Part shown: positions 13,388 through 25,996 of the stretch, in pieces
Position numbering within the stretch: the first letter of the stretch is position 1
How the letters are laid out: each line of letters starts with the position of its first letter
Assembly: GCA_964016885.1 (NCBI GenBank)
Contig: OZ024740.1
Coordinates: forward strand, 350,734,001-350,798,000
Origin: Eledone cirrhosa
Taxonomy: Eukaryota
Direction of reading: 5' to 3'
DNA: 64,000 bases
Position numbers and translations under genes: made by a program
The notes under the pieces: generated by a model
What the model was told of the DNA's origin: nothing
Seen by the model: the letters and a program-made list of their open reading frames with translations, nothing else
Database searches by the model: none

Positions 13388-16300
13388 CTACAGGCTGATA
13401 TAGAGAGAAGACCCATTCACTCAAGCCATTCTCACCATTTTCACCCACCTTTCATAAAACTTGCTGGGGTACAGCACCTCTCTCTCCATCCTGATTCTTC
13501 TTCGAAAGTGGTATTTGAAAAAAAGAATCAGTTGTTGGCCGGAGAGAAAGGTGTCTGACCTCAGCCCTTTCAACCTTGTCCACCATACAACCTCTTTCGC
13601 CATAGCTATCACACAAAGGAAAACCGCCTCTCCTTCGTTTTTGAAGGAGGGTGGCGGTTTGATCATGACAATGGACTCGGTGTTCAAACGGATTGGTCCC
13701 ACCCGCGACAATACTCGTTCTACATAGCCCCACAGGTCGGTGACGCCCGGGCAGTGTATGAATGCGTGCGCGACGGTTTCTTCGTCTCGCACGCACCTCG
13801 GACAGAACTTTTTTTCAGGGTCCCTGCACGGGCGCCCATGTCTGTAGAGCTTGTCTCGAACTGGTAGAGCTCCTCGGTAGCACTGCCAGGCCAGGGACTT
13901 TTGGAAGTTGTCCATCGGTCCCGGGCGGAAAGTACTATCGAACAGACTGGCCAGTTCATCTTCCTCTACGCCTAGAGTTTCACCGAGCGCGTCGTCGCAC
14001 TTGCTGTTGATCAACCCTCTATAGAATGACGAAGTGGAGTCTCCACTGATCGCCGGGTCCGCCTGCCAGAGGGCTGTGAGCGCCTGAGCACATTCGATGT
14101 GCCAGTCGCCCACTTTCCTCGGTCTTTGCTTGACGCAGGACTGCAGCTCGGTCAGCGAGACGAGTCGTGGGAAGGCTCGCCTCACAAACGGGGCCCACAC
14201 CGGTTGTGCGGTGAGGAATACGTAGAGATGCCGCAGCCTGAGCGCGTGTTTGCGCATCGTCAGCCACGGCATCCCCAGCTCTCCGTTGGAAGGGTGTTGG
14301 CAGCAGATGGATCTTCTCAGCAAAGGAGCCCGCCTCTTCCAAAGGAATTGGAAGAGCGCGCGCTCCATTTTGGTGAGCGTTTGGCTGGACAAGGCACGAC
14401 GGTCAAGCGGTAGTAGATGGCGGATGTTATAAAAGTGTTCGCCACCTCCGCTCGACCTTTCAAGGATAGTTTGCACTCGGCCCACTTCTGGGTGAGTGCA
14501 AACACCTTGGCCGTCACCTCTTTCCGGTTCTTCTCCACCTGGAGGTCGGGACCAAACCAGACCCCGAGCAGCTTTATCGGTCCTTTCGTCCAGCGTCCGA
14601 CGACGCCATCGGAAGGCATCGGTTTGCCTCTCCACGATCCGAGTTGCAAACCGATGGACTTGTTCAGCTTCGCTCCTGTGAAACTTTCGTATTTCTTCAG
14701 TAAGGTGCCGATTTCCTCGATTTGCGAAACGCTCGACACCATTACTGTCAAATCGTCGGCGTAGGCCGACGCCGCTTTCCGCAGTCCCGGTTCCAGAGGG
14801 ATGCCCTAAAATAGCTCCAACTTCCGCAGTAGTGGCTCGAGAGTCAGTACGTACAGAAGGGAGGAGAGAGGGCATCCCTGTCGAATGGATCGCGTGATAT
14901 GGAACGGCTCCGAGTGGTAGCCGTTCACCTTGACCCTCGAGCAGATGTTGCTGTTGTGCATTGCAGCAATCCAGACCCTGAACACGGGTCCGAAGCCTGC
15001 CGCCTCGCGCACCGCATCCAGGTAACGATGGTCAACCCTATCGAAAGCCTTAGACTGACCCAAGTTTATCAGGGCCCCACCGAAGCCGGGTTTACACCAC
15101 ACCCTCTCTATGATGTATCGCATGAGGTGGAGGTTGTCGTGTATGAACCTTGTCGGGATTGCGCATGTCTGCGCTTCTCCCACCTGGTCCTCAACGACAA
15201 GCGCCAGCCTCTCTGCCAACACCTTGGCCAAAATCTGTAACTCTTTGTTTAGCATAGTTATGGGCCGGAAGTTGCTTATGTCATCACCCTTATTCTCGTC
15301 CTTCCTGACTAGTGTGACTACGCCCCCGGTCACAGAACTGGGAATTCTCCCGTTCTGTTGCCAGTTGCAGTAGACAGATGCCAGGAGACCGGAGAATAAG
15401 TCCGGCATTGCTACGTAAAATTCGTAGGGTGGACCGTCGAGACCTGGAGATTTGCGTTTGCCGCATTGGCTCAGCGTGTCCCCTAACTCAGCGGCTGAAA
15501 TCGGCTTTTCGCAGAACTTTGTCTCGCTGTCCGAGAGTCGCGGTAGGCCGTCGAGGTATGGATCGAAATCCATAGCCCCTCCCGGCGCGCCGCCCTTCCC
15601 GAACAGTTGAGCAAAGTGCCGCTGAAAGGCCGCACACATCTGCTTCGGCTCACGTCTCACGCGTCCGTTTTGGTCCTTAAAAGACCGAATAGTGGACTTG
15701 TTGCCACTTTTTGCTTCCGTCACTCGGGCCCAGCTAACAGCTTTGGCTCCCTCGTTTCCCAGAGCACGTATTTTGCTTCTGACAACGCAGCCCTCGTGCT
15801 TTGTTTCGAAGAACTGGTCCAAGGCCGTTCTCCTTGCTAGCACGCTGGCTACGTTACCACTTCTAATTGCCTCTTCTACTTTATCTACCATTCCTTCTCG
15901 GTACTATTGCTATCTAACGCTAATTCTTTACTAAAATCTAACGAGTCTAATCTAACTGCCCTCTTGAGAGAGTATCACCATCTGTTGTTGATAATGGCCC
16001 CTGTGAAGTGCTGTTTAACTAAAGTGCTAATCCGTCTACTGTAGGCTTTGCATGTCGGTAACGACAAGTTCAGCTTCCAGTAGCCGGGTCCTTGTCTATG
16101 GGTTCTATCAAGGTTGGCCATGCAGGTCACTAGTTTGTGATCTGAATAGGCAACCGTGAACATTTGTGGACAGCTTAACATGTCCATATCCTTATTTCTA
16201 ACTAGAACCCTATCTAGGTATGATCTAGATGTTCCGTTGCGATTAGTCCACGTCCACAGTGGCACAGTCGGAAAATCTAGTCGATATCTATCGGCCAGGT

Positions 16301-16815
16301 CAAATCGGTCGATTAACTGTTTGAGGTTGTTACACCCCCTTTATCGAGACATGCTCCCACATAGTCCCAACGTGCATCTAGGATTCCATTCCAGTCCCCC
16401 ACTAAAAGCAAGGAGCGGGACGTTCCCAGAAAAGTCTCTAGACGTTTGAAGAAGTCTGGCCGCGGTGTCCCGGATGGGGCATATGCATCCACCAGCCTGA
16501 AGGCTTCACCTTCACTACCGTCAACGTTTAGGACCACCAGTCGACCCTCCGGGTCCAGATGTACCATCTGTATTACGAGGCCCAGGTGTTTTCGCAGCAA
16601 AACGGCAACCCCGCCCCCACCCCCGGCCGACAGAGAGATGCGTAGATCTCAAAGTCATTGAAGATGGGGGCTAGTTGTCGCTCGCTGTGGTTCCTGGACT
16701 CGCAAATGGCTACTACATCCATACTGTGCGACCTGAGGTCGTTTAAGAGTTTGCCCTGTTTCCAGGGCATCCCCAGGCTGCGTACGTTCACACATCCAAC
16801 TCTTATATTGGCCAT
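13388..16815 (-). pseudogene. Tx1 copy B ORF2 (APE-RT-zf), frameshifted with stops
   Basis: CVNVRSL, GDWN, YLDRVL, YSDH, KSPGLDGPPYEFY, NFRPITMLN, SKAFDRVDH, IRQGCPLS, AYADD, CPRC..ETVAHAFIHC. Confidence 0.93.
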
Positions 16816-18695
16816 GTTGATGCTGAAAGGTTAAAAGAGGAAAACAAATCACTCACCCTTCGTCTCCTGGGGACCAGGCTGCACGATTTCCATGGGGGTA
16901 TTGGAGGGGTTGTCTGGGTGGGGAGACATTTGAGAAGGACGCAGTTAAGTGGTTTCACACAGGAATTCCCCACATTCTTTTCAAATGTTTCTTTTAGGGA
17001 CCTATAAGTTTGTATAGGGACCCTAATCAGTTTTAGGTTCAGTTCTTTGTTATTTTTAATAGAGTGGGCGAAAGTTTTCCCTTCGGTTTTCAATGAAGGG
17101 TTGTTCGTGATGGTCTCCATTAGTGTTTTGTTTTCAGGGTTTATGTAAGTGTAAGTGTAATTTTCTTGTGTTGTGTTTGTTTTTGTCTGTAGTTCTTGTG
17201 TGTGCTTTCGTTTTGTTGTAGGTATTTTGTTTTCAGGAGGTGGGGATTTTGTTTGTGATGTTTTTGTTTTTTGTGTTGGCGGTTTGTGATAGTGTTTGCT
17301 GGTTTTTTGCTTTTGTGATGTTTTTTCTTTCTTTTCGAGCGATGGGGTTCTCCCTCGTCTTCACTGGGTGATGGGGAGATAGCCTCATCTGTTTATCGTC
17401 TGTGTGATTGGGGAGGGGTATGTCTTGGGGAGCTGTTGTGTCTGTATGTGATTTTGCAGTGGTTTTAGTTGGAGTGGGGTTGGGTGGGACTGTGTTTGTT
17501 GTGGTTATTTTTGTGTGTTGGTGTTGTTGTTGTTGTGGTGGTGTTGGTGGTTGTGCTATTTTGATGGGTGTCGGCAGAAGAGTCTTTTTTTTACTCATTA
17601 ATTTAGGACAGGAATCCCTCAGATGACCCCTGCTATAGCAGTGGTAACATGAAGGCAGCCTACCCTCAACTGAAAAGTTTATGTAGGTGAGTCCGTCCAG
17701 GAGTACACGTTGTGAGATCATAGCTATTCGCTCTGGGCTCATTTGCACCACAACTTCAACGCTAGTCCCATTGAATACATCTCTGGGGACTTTCCTACTG
17801 AAAGTATTCTGTCTTCATCAAAATTGATGAAGCCGCACAGTATCCACCATATGTTTACCTTTGGTGTGACACTGGTGATTCTAATCTTTTGTGTCCTTTT
17901 TCCCATGTATGTAGGGAAAAAGGTATACAGGTTGGATACAATTGGCGACACAGAGTAATTTTGGGCCGTCAATTGATCCTTCGTGAGTACCGAAATACTC
18001 CCAAAGAGTTTGCTTCTTTGAATGAATGAAATATCATTCATTGAATTTTTGAAAACCAGTTCAATTTCTTTCTGTGACAATTGGACCGGTTTTCGGGTAG
18101 AATTGGAAACTGTCCTAAAAACTATCGTTTTGAGAGCAGTTTCCTTGCGAATTTCTACCGGAGAATTGATGCTGAAAGCACCATTCTTTTCGAAAGTAAC
18201 ATATCTCCTAGAGTCCTTTAAAAGTTGTTCGGCATTTGTTATTTCGAAATATGTTAGTTCCTCCTTTTTCTGAACTGTCTGTGCAAAGGAGATTTTCGGT
18301 TTCTTTGTGGAATTATCCATGTTGGTGGTGTTGTCATTATTGTTGTTATTGTTGTTGTTATTCTTGTTGTCACTGATGTTGATATTGTTCGTATTTTCCT
18401 TGGTGTTAGTGTTGGTGTTGTTGTTGTCTTTGATGCTGGTATTATTGGTGTTGTCTTTATTTTTTTCTTTGTTGTTGTTGTCATTGTTGTCTTTATCATC
18501 ATTATTGGTGTTGTTGTTATTTTTGTTGTCATTGTACTGTTTGGTGTCATTTGTGTTGTTTGGATATGAATTTGTTTTTACAATTTCATTTCGTCTTTCC
18601 ATCTCCATAGTATCTAGGGAAGAAGACGATGTTGACTGCGAGCTATGTAGTCTTACCGACTCTCCACCACCATTATCGTCGAACGCAGCGTTCAT
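16803..18695 (-). pseudogene. Tx1 copy B ORF1, frameshifted, with Asn-rich N-terminus
   Basis: MNAAFDDNGGGES..., (N/D/T)-rich tract, ISFAQTV, FFPTYMGKRTQKI, CYHCYSRGHLRDSC knuckle. Confidence 0.85.
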
Positions 18696-18761
18696 AACGT
18701 AATCAAACTTCTTAAGATATTTTTTCCAAAATTCGATGGAGAAAAATTTTTCAAACGAATA

Positions 18762-18824
18762 TTTCGCCCCTGTAGGGGCGAAAATGAGTTGACCCACCGC
18801 CTGAAGGTCCAGACGGCGGGTCAA
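18762..18824 (-). promoter_or_regulatory. Conserved 5'UTR double-hairpin RNA element (copy B)
   Basis: TTGACCCGCCGTCTG-GACCTT-CAGGCGGTGGGTCAA (15 bp, 2 G.U on the sense strand) then TTTCGCCCC-TACA-GGGGCGAAA. Confidence 0.7.
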
Positions 18825-18915
18825 GTTAAACAATAATATAAAATTTAACTGAAAACTCACGTTTTTTCTTACATAAATTAACGGAAACTTCTCCGCGGAA
18901 TTACACACGTCTAGT

Positions 18916-18919
18916 AGAG

Positions 18920-18982
<63 letters not shown>
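18916..18982. repeat. (GATA)n microsatellite at the Tx1 B/C junction
   Basis: Direct reading. Confidence 0.97.
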
Positions 18983-18983
<1 letters not shown>

Positions 18984-19199
18984 TTCTTTATTTACCATAA
19001 AGGCATAAAAAGAAGGGACAAATACAACGGGGGAGTTTACATACAATCGAGTAAAAAGGGTATAAAATGAAAATAATCGAAAATAACCTCAAAAGGGAGG
19101 GGACGTGATGGGGGTTGCACCCCCCCCCCCGAAAAAGTGTGCAATCCTTTGCCCAGGGAGCACATAGAGAAGGTGCTCCCCTCTCCTTCACTTCTTTAC

Positions 19200-22100
19200 C
19201 TACAGGATGGTATACAGAGAAGGCCCATTTACACGAGCCATTCTCGCCACTATCACCCACCTTTCATAAAACTGCCTGTGGCCAAGCATCTCTCTCTCCA
19301 TTCTTATCCTTCTTCCGAAGTGATATCGGAAGAAGTAGACCAGACTATGGCCAGAGAGGAAGTTGCCTGACCTCAGACCTTTCAATCGTGTCCACCAAAC
19401 AACCTCTTTCAACATGGCTATTACGTACAGAAAAACCGCCTTTGCTTCCTTTGTGAAGAGGGGAGGCGGTTTGATTGTCATCACGGACTCGGCCGTCAAT
19501 TGAATCGGCGCCACCCGCGACAGCAGTCCTTCGGCGTAGCCCCACAGATCAGCCACGCCCGGACATTGCACCAATGCGTGCGCAACGGTTTCTTCGTGAC
19601 GCACGCATCTAGGGCAAATCTTTTTTGAGGGACCCCTGCCCGGGCGCCCGTGTCTGTAGAGCCTCTCTCGAACGGGTAGAGCCCCCCGGTAGCACTTCTG
19701 GAAGTTGTCAATTGGTCCCGGGCCGAAAGTCCTACCGAACAGGCTGGCCAGTTCGTCCTCTTCCATGTCCAGCGACTCTCCAAGGGTGTCATCGCCCCTG
19801 CTAGCCACCAGCCCTCTATAGAATGATGAGGTGGATTCTCCACCGATGGCCTGGCCCGTTTGCCAGAGAGCCCTGAGCGCCTGAGCACACTCAGTGTGCC
19901 AGTCTCCCAGTTTTCCGGATCTTTGCTTGACCCAGGACTGCAGCTCGGTGAGCGAGACGAGTCTCGGGAAGGCTCGTTTCACGAACGGAGCCCACACCGG
20001 TTGACCAGCGAGGAATACCTGTAGGTGCCGTAGCCTTAATGCGTGCCTACGCATCATCAACCACGGCATCCCCAGCCCTCCTTTCGAAGGTTGTTGGCAG
20101 CAGATGGATCTTCTCACCATAGGAGGGCGCTTCTTCCAAAGAAATTGGAAGAGCATGCGTTCCATGGTGGTGAGTGTTTCCTTAGGGCAAGGCACGACAG
20201 TCAGGCGGTAGTAAGTGACGGACGCTATGTAAATGTTCGCCACCTCAGCCCGGCCTTTTAGGGACAGCTTACACTTGGCCCATTTCTGGGTTAGTGCAAA
20301 CACCTTGTTCGTAACCTCGTCCCAGTTCTTTTCCACCTGGAGGTCCGGTCCAAACCAGACCCCAAGCAATTTTACCGGGCCCTCCATCCAGTGTCCGACG
20401 ACACCGTAGGGAGGCATCGGTCTGCCTCTCCACGTTCCGAGTTGCAGCCCGATGGATTTTTCCCGGTTCAGTTTCGCTCCTGACAACCTTTCGTAATCCT
20501 CCAGTAATGTACCGATCGCCTCGATTTCCGAGTCGGTCGATACCATTACTGTTACGTCATCGGCGTAGGCCGACACCGCTTTTCTCAATCCTGGTTCCAG
20601 GGGGATACCCTGCAACAACTCTAACTTCCTCAGTAAAGGCTCGAGAGTCAATACGTACAGAAGGGAGGAGAGAGGGCACCCCTGTCGAATGGATGGTGTG
20701 ATTTCGAACGGCTTCGAAAGGTAGCCGTTCACCTTGATCCTAGAACAGATGTGGTTGCTATGTAAGGCAGTGATCCAGCCTCTGAAAACAGGACCGAACC
20801 CAGCGGCCCAGGTAACCATGGTCGACCCTATCGAAGGCCTTAAACTGATCCAAGTTGATCAGGGCCCCACCGAAGCCGGGTTTGTTGCCAACCCTCTTAA
20901 TGATGTTTCGCATGAGGTGGAGGTTGTCGTGAATGGACCTGGATGGGATAGCACATGTCTGCGCATCTCCCACCAGGCTACCCACGACAAGCGCCAACCT
21001 CTTTGCTAACACCTTGGCCAAAATCTTTAACTCTGTGTTTAGCAGGGTTATGGGCCGAAAATTATTTATACTATCCCCTTGTTCTCGTCCTTCCTCACCA
21101 GCGAGACTACGCCCTTGGCTACAGAACAAGGAATTCTCCCGTTCTGCTGCCAATTGCAGTAGACTGCTTCGAGGAGTTCGGAGAAGAAGACCGGCATTGC
21201 CAAATAAAATTCGTAAGGTATACCATTGAGACCTGGAGATTTGCGTCTGCTGCATTGGCTCAGCGCAACTCCGATCTCATCAGCCGAGATTGGTCCCTCG
21301 CAGGATTCTGCCTCTTCGCTCGAGAGACGCGGCAGGCCGTCGAGGTATGGACCGAAATCCACGTCCTCGCCCGGACCCCCGCCTCCCCCGAACAATCGGG
21401 CAAAGTGCCTTTGAAAGGCCTCGCACATCTGCTTAGGCTCCCGGATCACCCGTCCATCCTCGTCTTGCAAAGACCGGATGGTGGATCGATTTCCACTCTT
21501 AGCTTCTGTCACGCGGGCCCAGCCAACGCCTTTGGCCCCCTCATTATCTAGAGCACGTATTTTACTTCGAATGACGCAGCCTTCGTGCTTTGCATCGAAA
21601 AACTGGCTCAAGGCCGTCCTCGATGCCAGCACTCTGGCCACATCTTCGCTCTTGATTGCCTCTTCTAATTTACCTGTTAATTCTTTCTCGTTCCTATTCC
21701 TATCGGCAGCTAACATCTTGCTATAACTTATTGATTCTGTTATAATCTCTCTTTTGAGAGATGCCCACCATCGGTTGTTGACGATTGCACCCGTCAACCT
21801 CTCCTTAACTAATCTGCTAATCCGGTCTCTGTAAGCCTCTTTTGCCGGTAAAGACAAATTAAGTTTCCAGTAACCGGGACCCTGTCTAAGTGTTCTCTCG
21901 AGGTTGACTACGCAGGTCACTAATTTGTGATCTGTATAGCCAACCGTGAGCATTTCTGGACAGCTTAATATGTCCCTATCCTTACTTCTAACTAAGAATC
22001 TATCTAAGTACGATCTAGATTGACCACTGTGGTTCGTCCAAGTCCAGGTTGGCACAGTTGCAAAATCTAGTCGATATCTGTCGACCAAGTTAAAACGGTC

Positions 22101-22606
22101 GAGTAACCCCTTGAGGCTGTTACAACCCCCTCTATTAGGACATGCTCCTGCATAGTCCCAACGTGCATCTAGGATGTCATTCCAGTCCCCCGCTAGAAGC
22201 AGGGAACGCGAGGTTCCCAGAAAAGTCTCCAGACGCTGGAAGAAGTCGGGTCGTTCCGATCCGAAAGGGGAGTAGACGGCGACCAGTCTCAAGGCCGCAC
22301 CTCCACTACTGCCAACGTCTAGCACCAACAAACGACCTTCCGGGTCCGAGTGAACAACCTGTACGGCGAGACGCAGGTTTTTTCCAGCAGTACGACAACC
22401 CCACCCCCACCTCCAGATTGACAGAGAAATGCGTGCACCTCAAAGTCATCGAAGGTAGGGGCCAGCTGCCGCACGACGCTGATCCGTGTCTCACAGATAA
22501 CCATTACATTTATACCACGTGACCTGAGGTAATTTAGAAGCTTTGCTTGCTTCCAAGTTGAGCCCAGGCCACGTGCATTCAAACATCTTACTCTTAACAC
22601 ATCCAT
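19200..22606 (-). pseudogene. Tx1 copy C ORF2 (APE-RT-zf), few frameshifts
   Basis: CLNARGL, VYSP, GDWN, YLDRFL, YTDH, KSPGLNGIPYEFY, NFRPITLLN, KAFDRVDH, AYADDVT, CPRC..ETVAHALVQC. Confidence 0.93.
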
Positions 22607-22730
22607 CTGAGCGGCAAAGCCAAAGAAGAATGTAGAGACCTACCTTTCTGCTTCCCGGGATTCGAGTCGCACGACTTCCATGGGGTCGGTGGTGTTGGGT
22701 GAAGGGCTGTCTTGTGGTGGTGTGGGGTCG

Positions 22731-24534
22731 TCAGTGTGTGGTGGGGTTGGGGTGTTTGGAGTTGCGTTGGGGAGGGGAAGGGGGGATCTTTTTAGGAGGA
22801 CGCGGTTTATGGGTTTGAGAGGGTGGTCCTACGTCCTCCTTAAAATCCTTTTTTAGTTTTTGGTTGAGGTTCATTGGGAGCTTTATTAATTTTAAATGTG
22901 GGTAGTTTTCTGAAGAAACAAAGTTTACCCCTTCGGTTTGTACTGAAGGGTTATTGTTTATGAGTTCATTTAATTTATTATTGTTTCTGTTGATGTAAGT
23001 ATAGTGTAATGTCTTTTTTTCGGATGGTGTGAGTGTTTCGAAGAGGGGAGGGGCAGGTTTGGTTTTGTTTGTTGCTGGAGGGGTGTTTTGTGTTTTGTTG
23101 GATTGTGTTGACATTTGGGTAGGGGCTGTTTGGCCTTGTGTGTTTTGCACATGTTTTCTTTTTTTCCTTTTAATCTGTCTGAAGGACTCCGTTTCTTCCT
23201 CCGAATTCGTTGCGTTATCTTCAGTGTTGGAGGGAAGAGGTATGTTTGCTGGTAATGTTTCCATGTTAGTTTGCTTTGTGGGGGAGATGGATGTCACTAT
23301 GTTAGACTGTGTTGTGTGTTGTGGCTGCAGTGGTTGTGTTGTTTTATTGAGTGAGGGGTTGGGTGGGACTGTGTTTTGTTTTTGGGTAATGTGTTGTGTC
23401 TGTTTGTGCTGTAGTGGTGGTGTAGTTTTACTGAGGGACGGGTTGGGTGGGACTGAGTTTTGTTGTTTGTTTATCTGTTGTGGTGGTGGAGGAGCTGGTG
23501 TTGGTAGCAGGGTTTTCTTCTTGTTGAGTTGGGGACAAGCCGCCTTCAGGTGCCCTCTGCCTGTACAGATATGACAGGACGGCCTTCTCCCCCCCACGCT
23601 AATGTTTATATACCCGTGGCCCTCTAATAGGATTCTGTCGGGTATTTGGGCAATGCGTTCAGGCTTCATTTGCACTACAAGTTCTATACCTGTTCCACTG
23701 AACGCATTGCCTGTGGTTTTCCCAATGGAAATCACGTTGTCATTCGCTGGATCGATGAAGCCAGCTATGAACCAGCAGTAGTCCATATCTGGCATCATTG
23801 CATCCAGCCATATGCGCTGAGTTCTTTTACCCATATAAGATGGATAAAAGGTAAAATTTGTCGAACGAATCGGCGACAAAGCATATTTTTTGCCGCCGAT
23901 TCGTTCTTCATAATAATGACTAGGCTTCCATACAGCCTGTCTCTTCTTATGAAAGTGGTTTCATTAAGTACTTCTCTAAGTACCGCTTTAATTTCTGCTT
24001 GTGTTGAATGATGTGGTTTTTTGAGATGTTGTTGATGGTGCGGAAAACGACCGTCCAAGTTTCAATATCTTTGGTGAGTTCTTGGGGCATTTTTACCGAC
24101 AAGGCTCCATTTTCCCCTTGAATTATGAATTGTTTGGCGTTTTTTATTCTTTGTGCCACATCTGAAATATTTTCAGGTATGTATGTTAAAGATTTTTTTG
24201 TTGTTTGTGCAAATGAGATGTTATTGGTGTTGACTTTGTCGTCTGTTTTGCTTTCTGTTATGATGTTGTTTTCAAATGTTATTTTTGTGTTTGTTGTTTC
24301 TTTGTTTGTGGTATTAATATTATCATGCAATTCTTTCAAATTTTTGTTGTTGTTGGAATCAATCTCCAGATTTGTGTTTTCGTCATTTTTCTCCGCACAT
24401 TCGTCTGTTTTTATTTTATTTTTTCTTTCCTTCTCTATGACGTTAGTTGGGAAGGAAGGGGGTACTAAAGCGTGCGAGCTTACAACTCTTACCGCTGTCC
24501 CCCCACCACTATTTTCGTTAGCTTCGTTTAACAT
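22731..24534 (-). pseudogene. Tx1 copy C ORF1, frameshifted
   Basis: MLNEANENSGGGTAVR..., ISFAQTT, FYPSYMGKRTQRI, CHICTGRGHLKAAC knuckle. Confidence 0.85.
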
Positions 24535-24583
24535 TTCTCCCAGACGATTGAAATTTTATGCAGCAAAATTTTTAAAAACAGGT

Positions 24584-24650
24584 TTTTCACCCCCGGAGGG
24601 GCGAAAATGAGCTGACTCACCGCCTGACAATTCAGACGTGGGGTCAAGCT
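24584..24650 (-). promoter_or_regulatory. Conserved 5'UTR double-hairpin RNA element (copy C)
   Basis: TGAC..CAC-GTCTGA-ATTG-TCAGGC.GTG.GTCA then TTTTCGCCCC-TCCG-GGGGTGAAAA (G.U on the sense strand). Confidence 0.65.
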
Positions 24651-24758
24651 ACACAATTGTATCAAAATTAAAATTAAACTTACAAAATTTTCGCAATAAA
24701 TTGGAACAAAACTTCTGCGCGAAGTGAATTACGTCTACGCTATCGAACAGACGACAAC

Positions 24759-24777
24759 TAGATAGATAGATAGATAT

Positions 24778-24823
<46 letters not shown>
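24759..24823. repeat. (GATA)n microsatellite at the 5' flank of Tx1 copy C
   Basis: Direct reading. Confidence 0.97.
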
Positions 24824-25810
24824 TAGTAATGTTCATATATTTGGATGAATTCGTATGCCGCCTAGAGAAGAAAACATTTAAATCCTACATATATCCAATA
24901 CCTCTTGAAAAGCCAAATGTCTATGAAAAGAAAAAATCGAATGGTTAAAGAAATAGTTGCTATGGGAATACATAAGGCAGTTTCTACGTGGATGCTTCAT
25001 CTTTCAGAAATAACAGCAAAATATACCTCGAATCACACTATATTTTTTATAATTAGACAATAGCAGTAGAATTGTTCCAACAAAAGCAACTGACGATGAT
25101 GCATCTGCGTGATTGTTCCACCTGCTTAAAAGAACAATTAAATCTCTTTCATATTACATTTTATTGTCTTAAGAAAAGAATGGCTCATTAAATAATGTAG
25201 GCTCGAGTGGAAAGACTTTGATTATAGGCATGATTTGTTAACAAAAACAGCCATAACATAATTTTAATTAATGTTTCTACAGCTGCATAATAGCATAACC
25301 GCATAACAGTTGTAATAAAGACAATTTAAAAATACATTAATATACGAATCGTTCAGTAAGTATTGTAATTAGTGTAGGAGTAACGGAATATTTGAACAAT
25401 TATTGACCTTCATTACCACACTACATAATTCAGAGATACATTAATATAAATATAAATATAAGGAGGTAAAGAGATATACTAATAAAGTCACACACAAGCA
25501 CGCAAGACCCCGCGCCACACACACACACACATATATATACCTATATATATAATTTATATATATATCCATATATATATATATATATATATATACATAGAAT
25601 GAGATTAATATCCCCACAGGTACTAAGTACCCACGGAAATATAATAATACAGTTGTTGTTCAATGGTATTAATTTGAGATACCAGATACCTTTCACTAGA
25701 CGACCAGTTCACGTGTAGGTCATTTTAACGGCCCACTCGATCTTTCACTAGTTGGCAGTTAGTGGTGTATTTGCTTGCTATGGGACTTTAAGTCCTATGT
25801 AATGGAAATA

Positions 25811-25889
25811 GCTTTCTGAAGAGCCGATCTTTCCATTGGAAGTCCTTTGGATTTCCAATCCTTTGTGAGGCGAAACTGTCGGGAAAAGC
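25811..25889 (+). ncRNA. Degenerate type I hammerhead ribozyme in a short (TA)n-flanked repeat (~25600-25970)
   Basis: GCTTT-CTGAAGA-GCC..ATTGGAAGTCC-TTT-GGATTTCCAAT..GGC-GAAA-CTGTCGG-GA-AAAGC; U16.1 appears mutated to G. Confidence 0.6.
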
Positions 25890-25996
25890 AATTTTGACAG
25901 GTGAATATTTAAATTGTATTTTAATTTATTTTAAAAGAATGTTGAATATTTACTTGTCCGGCTCATCTCAATTTTATATATATATATATATATATA

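Larger units (their letters stand above)
13152..18915 (-). mobile_element. Tx1-clade non-LTR retrotransposon, full-length copy B
   Basis: Same architecture as A with clearly divergent sequence; (GATA)n-type repeats at both junctions. Confidence 0.95.
18983..24758 (-). mobile_element. Tx1-clade non-LTR retrotransposon, full-length copy C
   Basis: Same architecture as A and B; (GATA)n on both sides. Confidence 0.95.

Noticed and set aside
7472-24758. Recent segmental triplication or mis-assembly of one LINE
   Set aside because: The copies differ throughout ORF2 and strongly in ORF1 and UTRs, and have independent frameshifts.
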